A stretch of DNA of 62,627 nucleotides, filler included, from Collodictyon triciliatum (taxonomy: Eukaryota): NCBI GenBank assembly GCA_043381765.1. It is 9 parts of 9 records of this genome, joined end to end, with 100 filler letters (N's around TTAATTAATTAA, not from the genome) between each part and the next. Parts side by side here need not be neighbours in the genome. Positions count along the whole stretch, not along the records: positions 1 to 6,500 come from JBHJMP010004419.1; positions 6,601 to 13,119 come from JBHJMP010004420.1; 7 more parts are not named here. One strand, 5' to 3'. Under the pieces are notes generated by a model, which saw only the letters and a program-made list of their open reading frames with translations, did no database searches and was not told the DNA's origin. Numbering within the stretch: the first letter of the stretch is position 1; every line of letters begins with the position of its first letter. A program made the position numbers and the translations under genes. This document shows positions 1 to 11,289 of this stretch, one piece after another.

Positions 1-15
1 AAAAAAAAGGACGTT

Positions 16-50
<35 letters not shown>

Positions 51-105
51 AAAAGATATTTTAAGAATGAGTTTGGCTCGTGCGCTGATTTAATTTTAAT
101 TACAG

Positions 106-3100
106 GAGTCAAAATCTCTTGGTCTGACCGTAACCTGGAAGATTATTGCGGCGAACTTTCCAACGAAATATCCATCTATGAAGACCTTGTCCAAGACGCC
201 CTATCCAAATTTGAAGATATCAAAAAACTGATACGATCTTTCAATGACTGTCCATTGGAAAAAGCTGCCTTCTTGTCAGTAATTAAAAGCATACAGAAGA
301 TAATTGACCAGCTCAGTTTGCGTCCGTTCACAAACATCCAAGAGTGGCTCAAGACAATTGATGTCAACATCGAAAAGGTGTTGGTAGTCCGCCTGAAAAA
401 TAGTATCGAAGAGTGGATTCGAAATTTTACATCCTCGGAAGACCGCAAAGACGCGGCTGCAACATCTGCAATTTGGGCAGACGATGTCTATGAAGTGATT
501 CTCAAAAGCCAGCAGCTCCGCGTTGAACCACCCATCGAAAACGCACGTTTGAAATGGACGGCGATTATGCGACACCATATTGGTAATTTTTTCTCCGTTT
601 TGCATCTTGGTGTCAATAGAGAAGTTCACTGAATAATTTTTTAAGTGGGTATATCCGTATTTTATTTTGTCATTTGCATGCCCCTCAAAAAAGGACAATA
701 ACGACAATAACAATGTCCAACATTAGACCGCATCTGTGGACTACCTCGCCTGAAATCATCACAGTTTGAACACTTCCAGACTGAATATGCACCCAGCGAG
801 TTAACCTATCGAGATTTGGTTTGTTTTGTCATTATACACATATAATTTCACACATTAAGTAGGGTTTACGCTCAATTTACAAACGACTTAATTCGTAGCA
901 GCCAATTCATGAATTAATTTTTTTTTTTGACATCTCTAAGGTCTCATACATCGATGGTGAGCTTATTGATAAGTGCTATGAACTTCTGGACGTAACTTAC
1001 AGCCAATTTGGTAGCTTCTGTGGGAGTTGGCTTCGCTATCAGAATCTTTGGTCACTCGACTTTACTCAAATCCAGTCCTCGCTTGGCAGAGATATCAAGA
1101 AATGGCAAAATGTACCATAAAACTCTTGAACAATATTTTTCTTTCATATGTACCATGAATTGTAACGCAAACTTTTGAGATGAACCATGAGCATCTTGTA
1201 TACTAACTTTATCGATGTCTGTCGACAGCTTTTGGCCGAGGTGAACAAGGCTCGCAACACCTTTGATACGACCGAAACTTCGATGTCGTTTGGCCCCATC
1301 CTGGTGAATTATCACCAAGTACAGGAAACTGTGCGTAACAAATATGATTTCATCCAAGGAGAACTTCTCAAGAACTTTAAACAAGTTCTATTCGAGGAAT
1401 CGACCACAGTCATCGTCTGTATTTTTTCTCTCCATTTTTCATAAATATTTTTATTCAGAACACTAAAAACAATAACATCATACATGCTTGCTCTATGTTG
1501 TGCTATATATTTAGAAAATTTTAATTTTATCAGATATGCCTTCGTGAGGCCCGTAATTCGCTTGAGAAATCAAAGATAACTGCTGGGAGATTCCAAGAAA
1601 CAATTACACTCTTGAATAATGTTAAAGAGTACGGAAGCAAAGCAGCGGTAAAATAATAATATGTTTATCATTCTCTTACGTTCAAGTACTTGTAATATCA
1701 TTTTCATGCGATTGAAGCATTATACCCTAACACTATGAGACCCTTTTTATTATATTTTAAAATATCACATCTTTGTAAAACGATTACAAAATATAGGTGT
1801 GGGAGACTGAGGTTAGTTATTGTGTTGACGGGAATCGCTACCTTATGACGGTTCGCTGGTCTGTACTTCCTGAAAAATGGGTCACGATTGATGCTCTGTC
1901 GTCTGAACTGGAGTCCTTCAAGCAAATTTACGACAAAAAGAAGGCCCAAATCGAAGAAAAGGTTAAACAATAATAATCATGAGCACATGCACTTAAATTT
2001 ACTTTTGATAATGTATGCTCCGTGATATTTTCTATTTTTTTTTTATTCGCTTAGCTTGACGCGCGTAAAATAATTAGATTCCTGAGCTCAAAGAGATAGT
2101 TCAAAACGAAATCCGTCTAGTCCAAACAAAAATAGAGAAACTTGAAAAGAACTGGAGAGAATCAAACCTATCGCGCGGTAGGGTCCCTTTAATTCATTTT
2201 GGTTTATTATATATCTCAAAGGGAGAACGCTATCCCCTTTCTTATTTCATCGCACTGCCTGTGCCTTAACAATTTCTCTAATTGGAATGTATAGCCAACA
2301 TTTTATGCCATTTCTTTTTGTATGGTTGCTCTGTGTAAGACATTTAACTGCTCTAATCGTAGGTGATTTGCACCCCGAAGCTTGCTTGAAGAAGTTGGAT
2401 GTCTTTTTGAACGAACAGGCCCATCTCAAAGAGAATATAAGTCAGATAATGAAAGCCTCAGAAGTACTTGAAGGAGTCAGAGCTGTGAGTCCTCGTCCTT
2501 GTCTTGTGTCTCAATTCTTCTCAAATACGAATATATGACCACTTTTTCGGAAAAGACTTGTAAAATTGTTCGATTCAATTATCGTAGACGTTAAGCATGG
2601 GTACGCTTGGAGACGAAATCGAAGACACTAGAAAAGTCTGGGAAACACTGAGACCAATTTGGCATGAAATTGATGCAATCAAAATTCGAAAAATCAAATC
2701 CACATCTGCAAGAGAGGTTTCTCTCATCCGCTAATTTTTATTAGTTGCACATACCTCACTGTATCTTTTTTTTAAAGAATACATTAATACAAACATCTTT
2801 AAATTTCATTTTATTTTCCAGAATCTCTAGGGCTCATTCCCTACGTAATTATTTTTTTTTTTAAAAAAAATTAAATTAAACTAGATTCGACAAAAATTGG
2901 AAGAGTTATCAAACCAAATGCAAACATTCCCCGTAAGCGTGAGAAACTATGAGGCCTTTTCTCACGTTAATGATTTGATGAAGAGATGGATTGCCTCAAA
3001 TGCGCTTATCGGTGACATGCGTTCGGAATCTATCCGCGAGAGACACTGGAACCAAATTCGAAAAATCACAGCCATCCACACATCTATGGAAGAAACGACA

Positions 3101-6100
3101 ATGGTGTCGTAGAAACATTCGCCTATATTTTAACAATAGATTAAATAATCTTCATTATTTTCTTCCTGTTTTCGCTATATTACGCTGACCGTGCCCGTTT
3201 TATTTTTGTTTTGAAAAAACCATGACGATTCATGGGAATACTAATTCAGATGATTCTTATTTATAGGAAATCATATGGAGCGCAGATGTGAAATCAAAGG
3301 AGGCAGATATCAGAGCTATTCTGACCACTGCACAGGGAGAAATGGCACTTGAAGAGTTTTTGAAACAGCTCGATCTTAAATGGTCCGAAATGGAATTTGC
3401 GTTTACATCATATCATCAGCGAGTCTACATCGTGAAAAGCTGGGATGATCTCTTCAACAATCTGAATGAGTCCACAACAAATCTGGGTTCTATGAAATTG
3501 TCTCCTTATTTCAAGGTTTGACTATTCTCATTCGCTTATCACATGAAGTAAACTCTCATATTGACGGACCCCATTGATATAAACCATCCTCAATTACAGG
3601 AATTTGAAAAGTTTGCGGTCGAATGGGAGGAGCGGTTGAATCGCTTGAGGCTTTTGCTGGATGTTTGGGTGGATGTTCAAAGACGTTGGAGTTATCTGGA
3701 GGTGATTTCCTTCACATGGTCTAGATTTCAGTAACTGATAATTAAGGGAACGTATCATTTGGACTCACTAACGTCTCATTGCTGCACCTCTTTATCTAAT
3801 ACTTCATGCCACATAACTCAAAATTATATATTTATAAACATAAATCAAAATCTAGGGTGTTTTCCAAGGAAGTGCTGATATCAAAACTCTTCTCCCGCAA
3901 GAGACAGCACGCTTCAGGAATATCGATGGCGAATTCTGTGATATTATGAAGAAGGTCATTTCCCCCTCTTCCTCTTGCAAATCGGTTATTTGACCATAAT
4001 TGAATTAGATACATGCTCAACATTTCTCTCTTTCAATCCAGGTCGTTCAAAAACGCAGGGTGCTAGAAGTTGGAAATATCGAAAACATTCAGCGCTCTTT
4101 TGAAAGGATGTCAGAAAGTTTGGTCAAGATTCAAAGGGTGATGCACAACTTTTTCATATATTTCTCTGAATTCAAAATGTGTACTTAATAATTGAAACTA
4201 TCAACCAACAAAAGGAAGACTTGAAAGGGCAACGCTTTATTGTACTGGCATATTATTTTAACTTCATGCATTGTATTTAGTCTCTGGTTGAGTACTTGGA
4301 GCGACAAAGAGTGGCTTTTCCTCGTTTCTTTTTCATCGGCGACGAGGACTTATTGGACATTATCGGAAATAGCAAAGAACTATATCCTTTCAATTTTCTC
4401 TCGTTTATCACAAACAGTTTTTCTTTATTGGGATGTGCATATTGCAACTTCATTGTTTCCCTGTTTTTTCTTCTCTTTATTCGATTCAAAGTGATTGTTT
4501 CCCTGTTTATTCATACTATGCACTCTACTATGCCCCTTGACCTTTCGCACTGGTCGTGTTCAGAAACATCTCCGCAAAATGTTTGCAGGACTTTCAAGGT
4601 TGAATTTTGATTCGCAGGGAACGTCTGTTGTTTCTTTTTCATCAAAGGATGACGAAACTGTTCCATTCTCCAAGCCCGTCATTATCACGGTATGTTCTCT
4701 ACATTTTAATGTAAATATATATTCAAACGTATATATATATTATGTTCTTTGTAGTTATATGTTTCAAATTGTTATTTTACAGCGGAGCACCATATGAAGT
4801 CATATCTGTAAGATCTATTCTTTTCATATAGCCGGACATGCAAATCTATGATTGGCTCAATGCCATCGAACGCAACATGAAGATATCTATTTCGGACCAC
4901 ATTTCTTCGGTTGTTGAATCAATGAAAGGCTCGTATGTCTCAGCATCGCTTGAGCCAGTTTCTTTGTCTTCAGCCATCGATCAGAATCCTGATCAGATGG
5001 TTTTGTTAGCAACTCAAGTAGATTTTAGCCTCTCCCTCACATTTCCTAAAATTTTCTTTTGAAAAACAATCGAACACTTTTCCTTTCTTTTAATTTTCCG
5101 TCGCCTATTCAACAAAAATGATTTTAAGAAACAACAGAATCACTTTCATGGCCAATATGTACAGTTTCACAAAAAGGAATAACTAACGCGTCTTTACCTA
5201 GATTCTCTGGACAGCCGACACGCAACGCTCGTTGGGAGGCTCGTCGACTAATCTTACTGCGTCTATGAAACGTGTCATCGACTTCTTAGAGATGCTTGCC
5301 CAACAGCTACTCAGCAATCTTGACCCAACACAACGTAAAAAACGCGAACATCTCATCACAGAACTCGTCCATCAGCGAGATGTCATACGCCGCGTAATTT
5401 ATTTCATTTATATATTTTGTGTCACGATGACCACTCAATATTTGAATTTGTGTCTTTCATTATTTTTTAATTGTCAATACTGACAAACAAAAAAACGTTT
5501 TTTTTTTTAATATCTTTCCTTTCCTTTCCTTTCCTTTCCTTTCCTTTCCTTTCCTTTCCTTTCCTTTCCTTTCCTTTCCTTTCCTTTCCTTTCCTTTGGA
5601 TTGCTTGATTCAGTTGATTCAAAACAACGTGAACCAACCTACCGACTTCGAGTGGATGTATTTTATGCGCTTCGTTCTCAACTCTAAAGCGGATCCACTT
5701 AGCCGCATTTCGATTGTCATGGCCAACGCTGAAATCAATTATGGGTACGAATATCTTGGAGTTGCAGAAAGATTAGTACAAACACCATTAACCGATCGAT
5801 GCTATCTGACCCTCACGCAGGTCTGTCCCATGGCCAACCTATTATCTCCTCTCTCCTCTTTCATAAATAAGGCAAAAAAAGAAAAAGAAAAAAAAAGAAG
5901 ACCTTTTCTCCATAACCGTATATTCCAAGAATTTTTCTTTGTCTAAGCATATTTTTAACAGGCAATTCACAATCGTATGGGAGGGAGCCCATTCGGCCCT
6001 GCAGGCACAGGAAAAACTGAAACAGTGAAAGCCCTTGGCTCTCAACTAGGTAGGTTCGTTCTTGTGTTCAATTGCGACGAGACGTTCGACTTCCAAGCAA

Positions 6101-6369
6101 TGGGTCGCATTTTCCTCGGTCTCTGCCAAGTATCGTATTCCATTCCTTGCAATCATTACGTAACAGACAAGCATGTGATATATGATATAGAAACGAATCA
6201 ATATGTGGCCACACCACAAAAAATTGTCAAATATTCCTTGGATTGGCCTCTAACTCCTGTCGTCTTTCTCTCTTTGATGCAGTGCGGCGCGTGGGGTTGT
6301 TTCGACGAGTTTAATCGTCTTGAAGAACGAATCATGTCCGCGGTTTCTCAACAAATCCAAACAATCCAG
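106..6369 (+). CDS. DYNC1H1: Cytoplasmic dynein 1 heavy chain, partial (tail end, linker, AAA1); about 21 exons
   Basis: Spliced exons give [66 protein letters not shown], Walker [16 protein letters not shown] and [16 protein letters not shown]...[23 protein letters not shown]. Truncated at both contig ends. Confidence 0.93.
4382..4550 (+). other. U12-type (minor spliceosome) AT-AC intron in the dynein gene
   Basis: 5' end ATATCCTTT, branch site CCTTGAC at 4535-4541, 3' end CAC. Removal gives in-frame [21 protein letters not shown]. Confidence 0.9.
5515..5597. repeat. (CCTTT)n microsatellite in a dynein intron
   Basis: Visible pentamer array. Confidence 0.95.
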
Positions 6370-6400
6370 GTCTTGCCCATTTCTAATTTTGGACCCACTT

Positions 6401-6500
<100 letters not shown>

Positions 6501-6600
6501 NNNNNNNNNNNNNNNNNNNNNNNNNNNNNNNNNNNNNNNNNNNNTTAATTAATTAANNNNNNNNNNNNNNNNNNNNNNNNNNNNNNNNNNNNNNNNNNNN
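6501..6600. other. Artificial contig linker (N44-TTAATTAATTAA-N44); repeated at 13120-13219, 19719-19818, 26318-26417, 32917-33016, 42833-42932, 49429-49528 and 56022-56121
   Basis: Identical 100-nt spacer with stop codons in all six frames. Confidence 0.97.
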
Positions 6601-6924
6601 TATAAATCCGCCACCAAGCATGCATTTCAAAAAAGCATACTATCCACACTTGCGGCGATAATCATGTCGTTTGGGGCCGATATCTTAACTTTCAGTCGCA
6701 ATGGCTGTACGGCCGTCCTTTCGAACTCGCCGAATCGGCTCAGCGTTTTGTCTCAAATCATCATTTGTGAAAAAAACTTTGTGTTTGTTTGCCACAATGT
6801 GCACATTTTGAGCGTTTCGGTAGATGCTTAATTTTACATAAACTGACTTTATACAGTTTTTTATTTTATATAATCAAATTGACTGATTGACTTATGTTTC
6901 ATTAGAATTGAAAACTCGGTAGTT

Positions 6925-7227
6925 TTCTAAAGAAAAAGTAAAACAAAGACTTTCAGATGAAGAAAAGAAAACGTCTTGAGTCTGAGAGTCTAAAGTCTGT
7001 AGAACCAGACAATTGAAATGTGAAAACATCTTTAAAGTCGATTGTAAAGAATCTGGATGACTATGAAGAAATCAACGATACGGTTTTATTGTGTCATAAT
7101 TTGGTTACCGACACTTATCTATTTGCAAGATGTTACATATTGAAATCACAACAACTCCCAACAACCGATGAAATTTTTTTTTGTACCCCTTGAAGACAGT
7201 CGGAATAGTTTCACAAGATAGACTGGC

Positions 7228-7263
<36 letters not shown>

Positions 7264-8880
7264 AGATATGAGAGACGACATGATGACTTTTTATCTCTAC
7301 GATTTTCGATTCCTTTTGTCCCAAGAAGAACGCTTTCCGTTGGTTGGACTGTCTCGTGTATTATCGTACTTGGCGAAGCAAATGTTAACAACTTATCATA
7401 AAAATATTAAGTAGCATTTTTGCAGAGGTTACTGCGCTTTATAAATCAAACAGTTCCTAAAGATGAGTATGTTACGGAACCTATTAAAAAAAAAGGCAGA
7501 GTTACGAAAGTTAAAAAAAGTCATCTTCAATAAACTCGAAATACCGGAACAATATAAATAATGGGCTAAAATACATTTGCATCATATCATTCCCAGCGAT
7601 ATTGTAAAAGGTATCGAATATGACGTCAAAGTCAATCCAAATAAGTACACTCCATATCTGATTTACATGAATTGCATTTTCGAGGACATTGTAACCAAAC
7701 TGCTTCAACCAATCTCTATAAAAGCTGCCAATATACCATGGCATAATACTCTAGATACTGCACGTTTGATATATATTAGTATCATCTGAAAAAAAATCAT
7801 TAATGAAGAATTATCAGGATGCAAAGAGACCTATGGAATAAGTTCTTTGAAATGAAGAAGAGGGTCTTTCATCAAATAGACTACAATTTTAAATGCATGA
7901 TACAAACAGACGGCTTGGCGGTGTCATTATTATTTAAAAAGAAAGGTATTTCAAATTCAAGATTCAATTTAATCAAAAAACCTAAGAATATGTTTATATA
8001 GATGAATTTTCCGAAGAGCAGTTATCTTTATCAGCGGAAAAAAAATGGTTGGAGTGGACGCAGGCAAGTTTAATTTTGTTTGCGTGATGGATGAGACAGG
8101 TAAGAAATTAAATTATACGGCACACCAAACAAGACATGATAGCAAATCTCTTAAAAATCACAAAATACTCTTGCGCAAGAAAAAAAAGTACAATGCTTTA
8201 GGGACATGCATGACAATAGGTTTACAAAGTGCCATTTCTTTTGGTCTCAGGACTTTTGAAGAGAATCAGCGGTTTGAGACATCAAAAGTATCTTTAATCG
8301 ATTAGAGACAAAACTGAGTAAACATAATTCATGCGCGGTCGATTATGAGAAATTTCGGAAATATTTGTCTATGAAATCAAGATGCCAGATAGGATTATCC
8401 ATATTTTATGAACATGTAACTATTCGAAAGATGAGATGGAGACAGTATGTTGATGCAAAAAGAAGTGAAGAATTGTCTACGGACCGAATCGAAAAGACAT
8501 TGGGCAAGGATGTTGTACTGGTGTATGAAAACTGGAGCAGAAAATCTCTGATGAAACATTTTATGCCATCAATCGGAAGGGGATTACAAAAAATACTAAC
8601 CAAACGTTTTGAAGCAGTTAGTGTAAATGAATTTAGAACCTCCAAGGTGTGCTGCAACTGCGAAAACGAACTGGAATATATGAGACTGAAAGGTAATACG
8701 AAAAAAAAAGTGTATAGATGTCGCATATGTAAAGAATGCAATCGGTCAGAAAGCAAACAAAGTGTATTCTTGACAAGGGACTTTAACAGCGCCAAAAATA
8801 TGCTCAACGAAGTTCTTTCAATCCTTCAAAATATGCATACATTTTCATCTAAAAAAAATAGGCTGTTGGGTCTTTCCTAG
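6925..8880 (+). pseudogene. Fanzor1 (TnpB-like RuvC nuclease), about 640 codons, frameshifted and with premature stops
   Basis: N-terminal KTSLKSIVK; IQTDGLAVSLLF; RuvC-I VGVDAGK; RuvC-II region YENWS...PSIGRGL...VNEFRTSKVC; Zn finger CCNC...CKEC; RuvC-III TRDFNSAKNM. Confidence 0.85.
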
Positions 8881-8955
8881 CAACCTTTACCACTACACAG
8901 TCTTTGTGAAAAAAGCGGTGAGACCTTGGATACTAGCTGAACCAGTTTACTAATC
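8855..8955 (+). ncRNA. Candidate Fanzor omegaRNA scaffold (copy A)
   Basis: Non-coding tail conserved with copy B. GGTCT (8869-8873) can pair with AGACC (8921-8925) and encloses nested TTACCACT/AGCGGTGA and CACA/TGTG stems. Confidence 0.5.
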
Positions 8956-9369
8956 GAAAAGTTGTTACGCTCATCCTGGTATATAAAGATGACAATTAAT
9001 GAGCGAGGTACTTACACATTCTATTAGTTTCCCATCGCGCAAATACCTTGGAACGTGGTGGAATGAGAGAAAGGAAAAGAAATAAAATAAAATATAAGGA
9101 GAAAAAAAACGACGCTGCTCTTGAAAAACCTGGTATCACCTCAATTGGAAAATGAATTAGAAGATTTTTAGACACGAATAGTTTGTTGATTTTTTTTTTT
9201 TTTTTGGCCCATTTTTCAAGAGGCCTGCATCCCCTTACTTAGAATCGAATAAAGAAGAAAAAAATAGGTGCCTGCGTCCACGCATTGGCATTACCACACA
9301 TCTTGCCAAAAGAATTGGTTGCTGGAATGGGCTCCAGACCTTCTTAGTCTCGGGCAAAAAGGAAGGTGA

Positions 9370-9452
9370 TGACAAGAGTGGGATTTGAACCCACGCCCAC
9401 AGAGTAGACTGCGACCTGAACGCAGCGCCTTAGACCGCTCGGCCATCTTGCC
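9370..9452 (-). tRNA. tRNA-Leu(CAG)
   Basis: GGCAAGATGGCCGAGCGGTCTAAGGCGCTGCGTTCAGGTCGCAG...GGGTTCAAATCCCACTCTTGTCA: cloverleaf with long variable arm and A and B boxes; T5 terminator at 9356-9360. Confidence 0.97.
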
Positions 9453-9466
9453 CTTCTTGGCTTTCT

Positions 9467-9691
9467 TCCAATGGTTATAATAATATATATTGTATCTAAC
9501 TTTTGTGTTACTTTTTGCCGGGTTTAGGAAGTACCTGTGGGTGTTTCGCAAAACGCATCTCTCCAGATTCAATAGCATGCAATCCCACGACCACCTCCAA
9601 ACACACCAGAGCCTTTGCTCCAATGGTTATAATAATATATATTGTATCTAACTTTTGTGTTACTTTTTGCCGGGTTTAGGAAGTACCTGTG
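9467..9691. repeat. 73-bp exact direct repeat (9467-9539 and 9619-9691) upstream of the tRNA, abutting a gap
   Basis: Identical sequence at 152-nt offset. Confidence 0.9.
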
Positions 9692-10406
9692 NNNNNNNNN
9701 NNNNNNNNNNNNNNNNNNNNNNNNNNNNNNNNNNNNNNNNNNNNNNNNNNNNNNNNNNNNNNNNNNNNNNNNNNNNNNNNNNNNNNNNNNNNNNNNNNNN
9801 NNNNNNNNNNNNNNNNNNNNNNNNNNNNNNNNNNNNNNNNNNNNNNNNNNNNNNNNNNNNNNNNNNNNNNNNNNNNNNNNNNNNNNNNNNNNNNNNNNNN
9901 NNNNNNNNNNNNNNNNNNNNNNNNNNNNNNNNNNNNNNNNNNNNNNNNNNNNNNNNNNNNNNNNNNNNNNNNNNNNNNNNNNNNNNNNNNNNNNNNNNNN
10001 NNNNNNNNNNNNNNNNNNNNNNNNNNNNNNNNNNNNNNNNNNNNNNNNNNNNNNNNNNNNNNNNNNNNNNNNNNNNNNNNNNNNNNNNNNNNNNNNNNNN
10101 NNNNNNNNNNNNNNNNNNNNNNNNNNNNNNNNNNNNNNNNNNNNNNNNNNNNNNNNNNNNNNNNNNNNNNNNNNNNNNNNNNNNNNNNNNNNNNNNNNNN
10201 NNNNNNNNNNNNNNNNNNNNNNNNNNNNNNNNNNNNNNNNNNNNNNNNNNNNNNNNNNNNNNNNNNNNNNNNNNNNNNNNNNNNNNNNNNNNNNNNNNNN
10301 NNNNNNNNNNNNNNNNNNNNNNNNNNNNNNNNNNNNNNNNNNNNNNNNNNNNNNNNNNNNNNNNNNNNNNNNNNNNNNNNNNNNNNNNNNNNNNNNNNNN
10401 NNNNNN

Positions 10407-10915
10407 CGAAACAGCCGGCGAGATTCTTCGATTGACACTCAAGACGGCTGCGGCTGTTGGCCCAATCCAGGCGATATTTGGGCCTCTGCAACAGCTGCGT
10501 CCAGACGCAAAAACATTCTGAACAGTGACGCGAGGCCATTTGCTATGGACTATGTGGATAGCGCGCATTTACTCACGCAAAGTAAGCCTCAACAACCAGC
10601 CACCCATTCCTGATAATAGGTTGGATGACATCATACAAATCTCTTTCCCCAATAGCTTCCTTCGCCACCTGCACGTTCTCTACTACTCAGACCCTGTGAG
10701 AAGAGACATGTGGAAAGAGACTGAGAAAGATATTAAACCTCGCCTTGTATCTCTCATGCAAGCACAAGACTCTGGCTACAGGCCAAAGCACAGGATGCAA
10801 TTCCTGATTACGGACTACTTCTCCGCCACCCGGCCAACAAGCAGCGTTTGTGCAAATGATGGCTAGAAAATAAAAGCCTAAATCTTCTTTTATACTTACA
10901 AATCAGAAGAGTAGG
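10407..10915 (+). mobile_element. Non-LTR retrotransposon (L1/Tx1-like) ORF2 3' fragment
   Basis: Near-identical to 57416-57930 (ETAGEILRLTLKT...LLWTMWIARIYSRK); contains a premature stop. Confidence 0.8.
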
Positions 10916-11289
10916 ATATAAATACTCGTAATAATTCAAATTTACTCGAAGGGTTGCATTATCAAAGGTATTTTTCTTTTGGTTGATTTTTAGTATAACG
11001 ATGACTTTATAACCTCTAGTATGATTTATTTATCGAGTTTCTCATGGTTAAGTTGTCTAGTAGCGATGAGCAGAACGATTCAGAGGGACAATGTCTTTTG
11101 TTTCCTAATAGGTATAGGTAGGGTAACTGCGTCGTAGTGCGAAGAAGGGTGATTTTGTCCACATAAGAAGAAAAGATAACACAACATGATAAAAAAGCAT
11201 AAAAATCGCCACAATATCTCTTCTAGACAAAAAAAAACACAACAAATATGTTTTTTTTTAAAAAAAAAATCAGCAAAATTACAGCAAAC

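Larger units (their letters stand above)
6601..8955 (+). mobile_element. Fanzor1-type element, copy A (5' end cut by contig start)
   Basis: Colinear homology with 49958-52098 from the contig start to about 8955; contains the disrupted Fanzor ORF. Confidence 0.85.

Noticed and set aside
6501-6600. Recurrent TTAATTAATTAA motif between N runs as a biological repeat
   Set aside because: It is an artificial six-frame-stop linker. Gene neighbourhoods across linkers are not real.
8974-8985. TCCTGGTATATA downstream of both Fanzor copies (also about 52286) as the element terminus
   Set aside because: The distances differ by about 170 bp with no intervening homology, and no matching inverted copy was found at the 5' side.
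9569-10613. Long ORFs spanning N gaps (also 33386-33826)
   Set aside because: They are artefacts of translating Ns.
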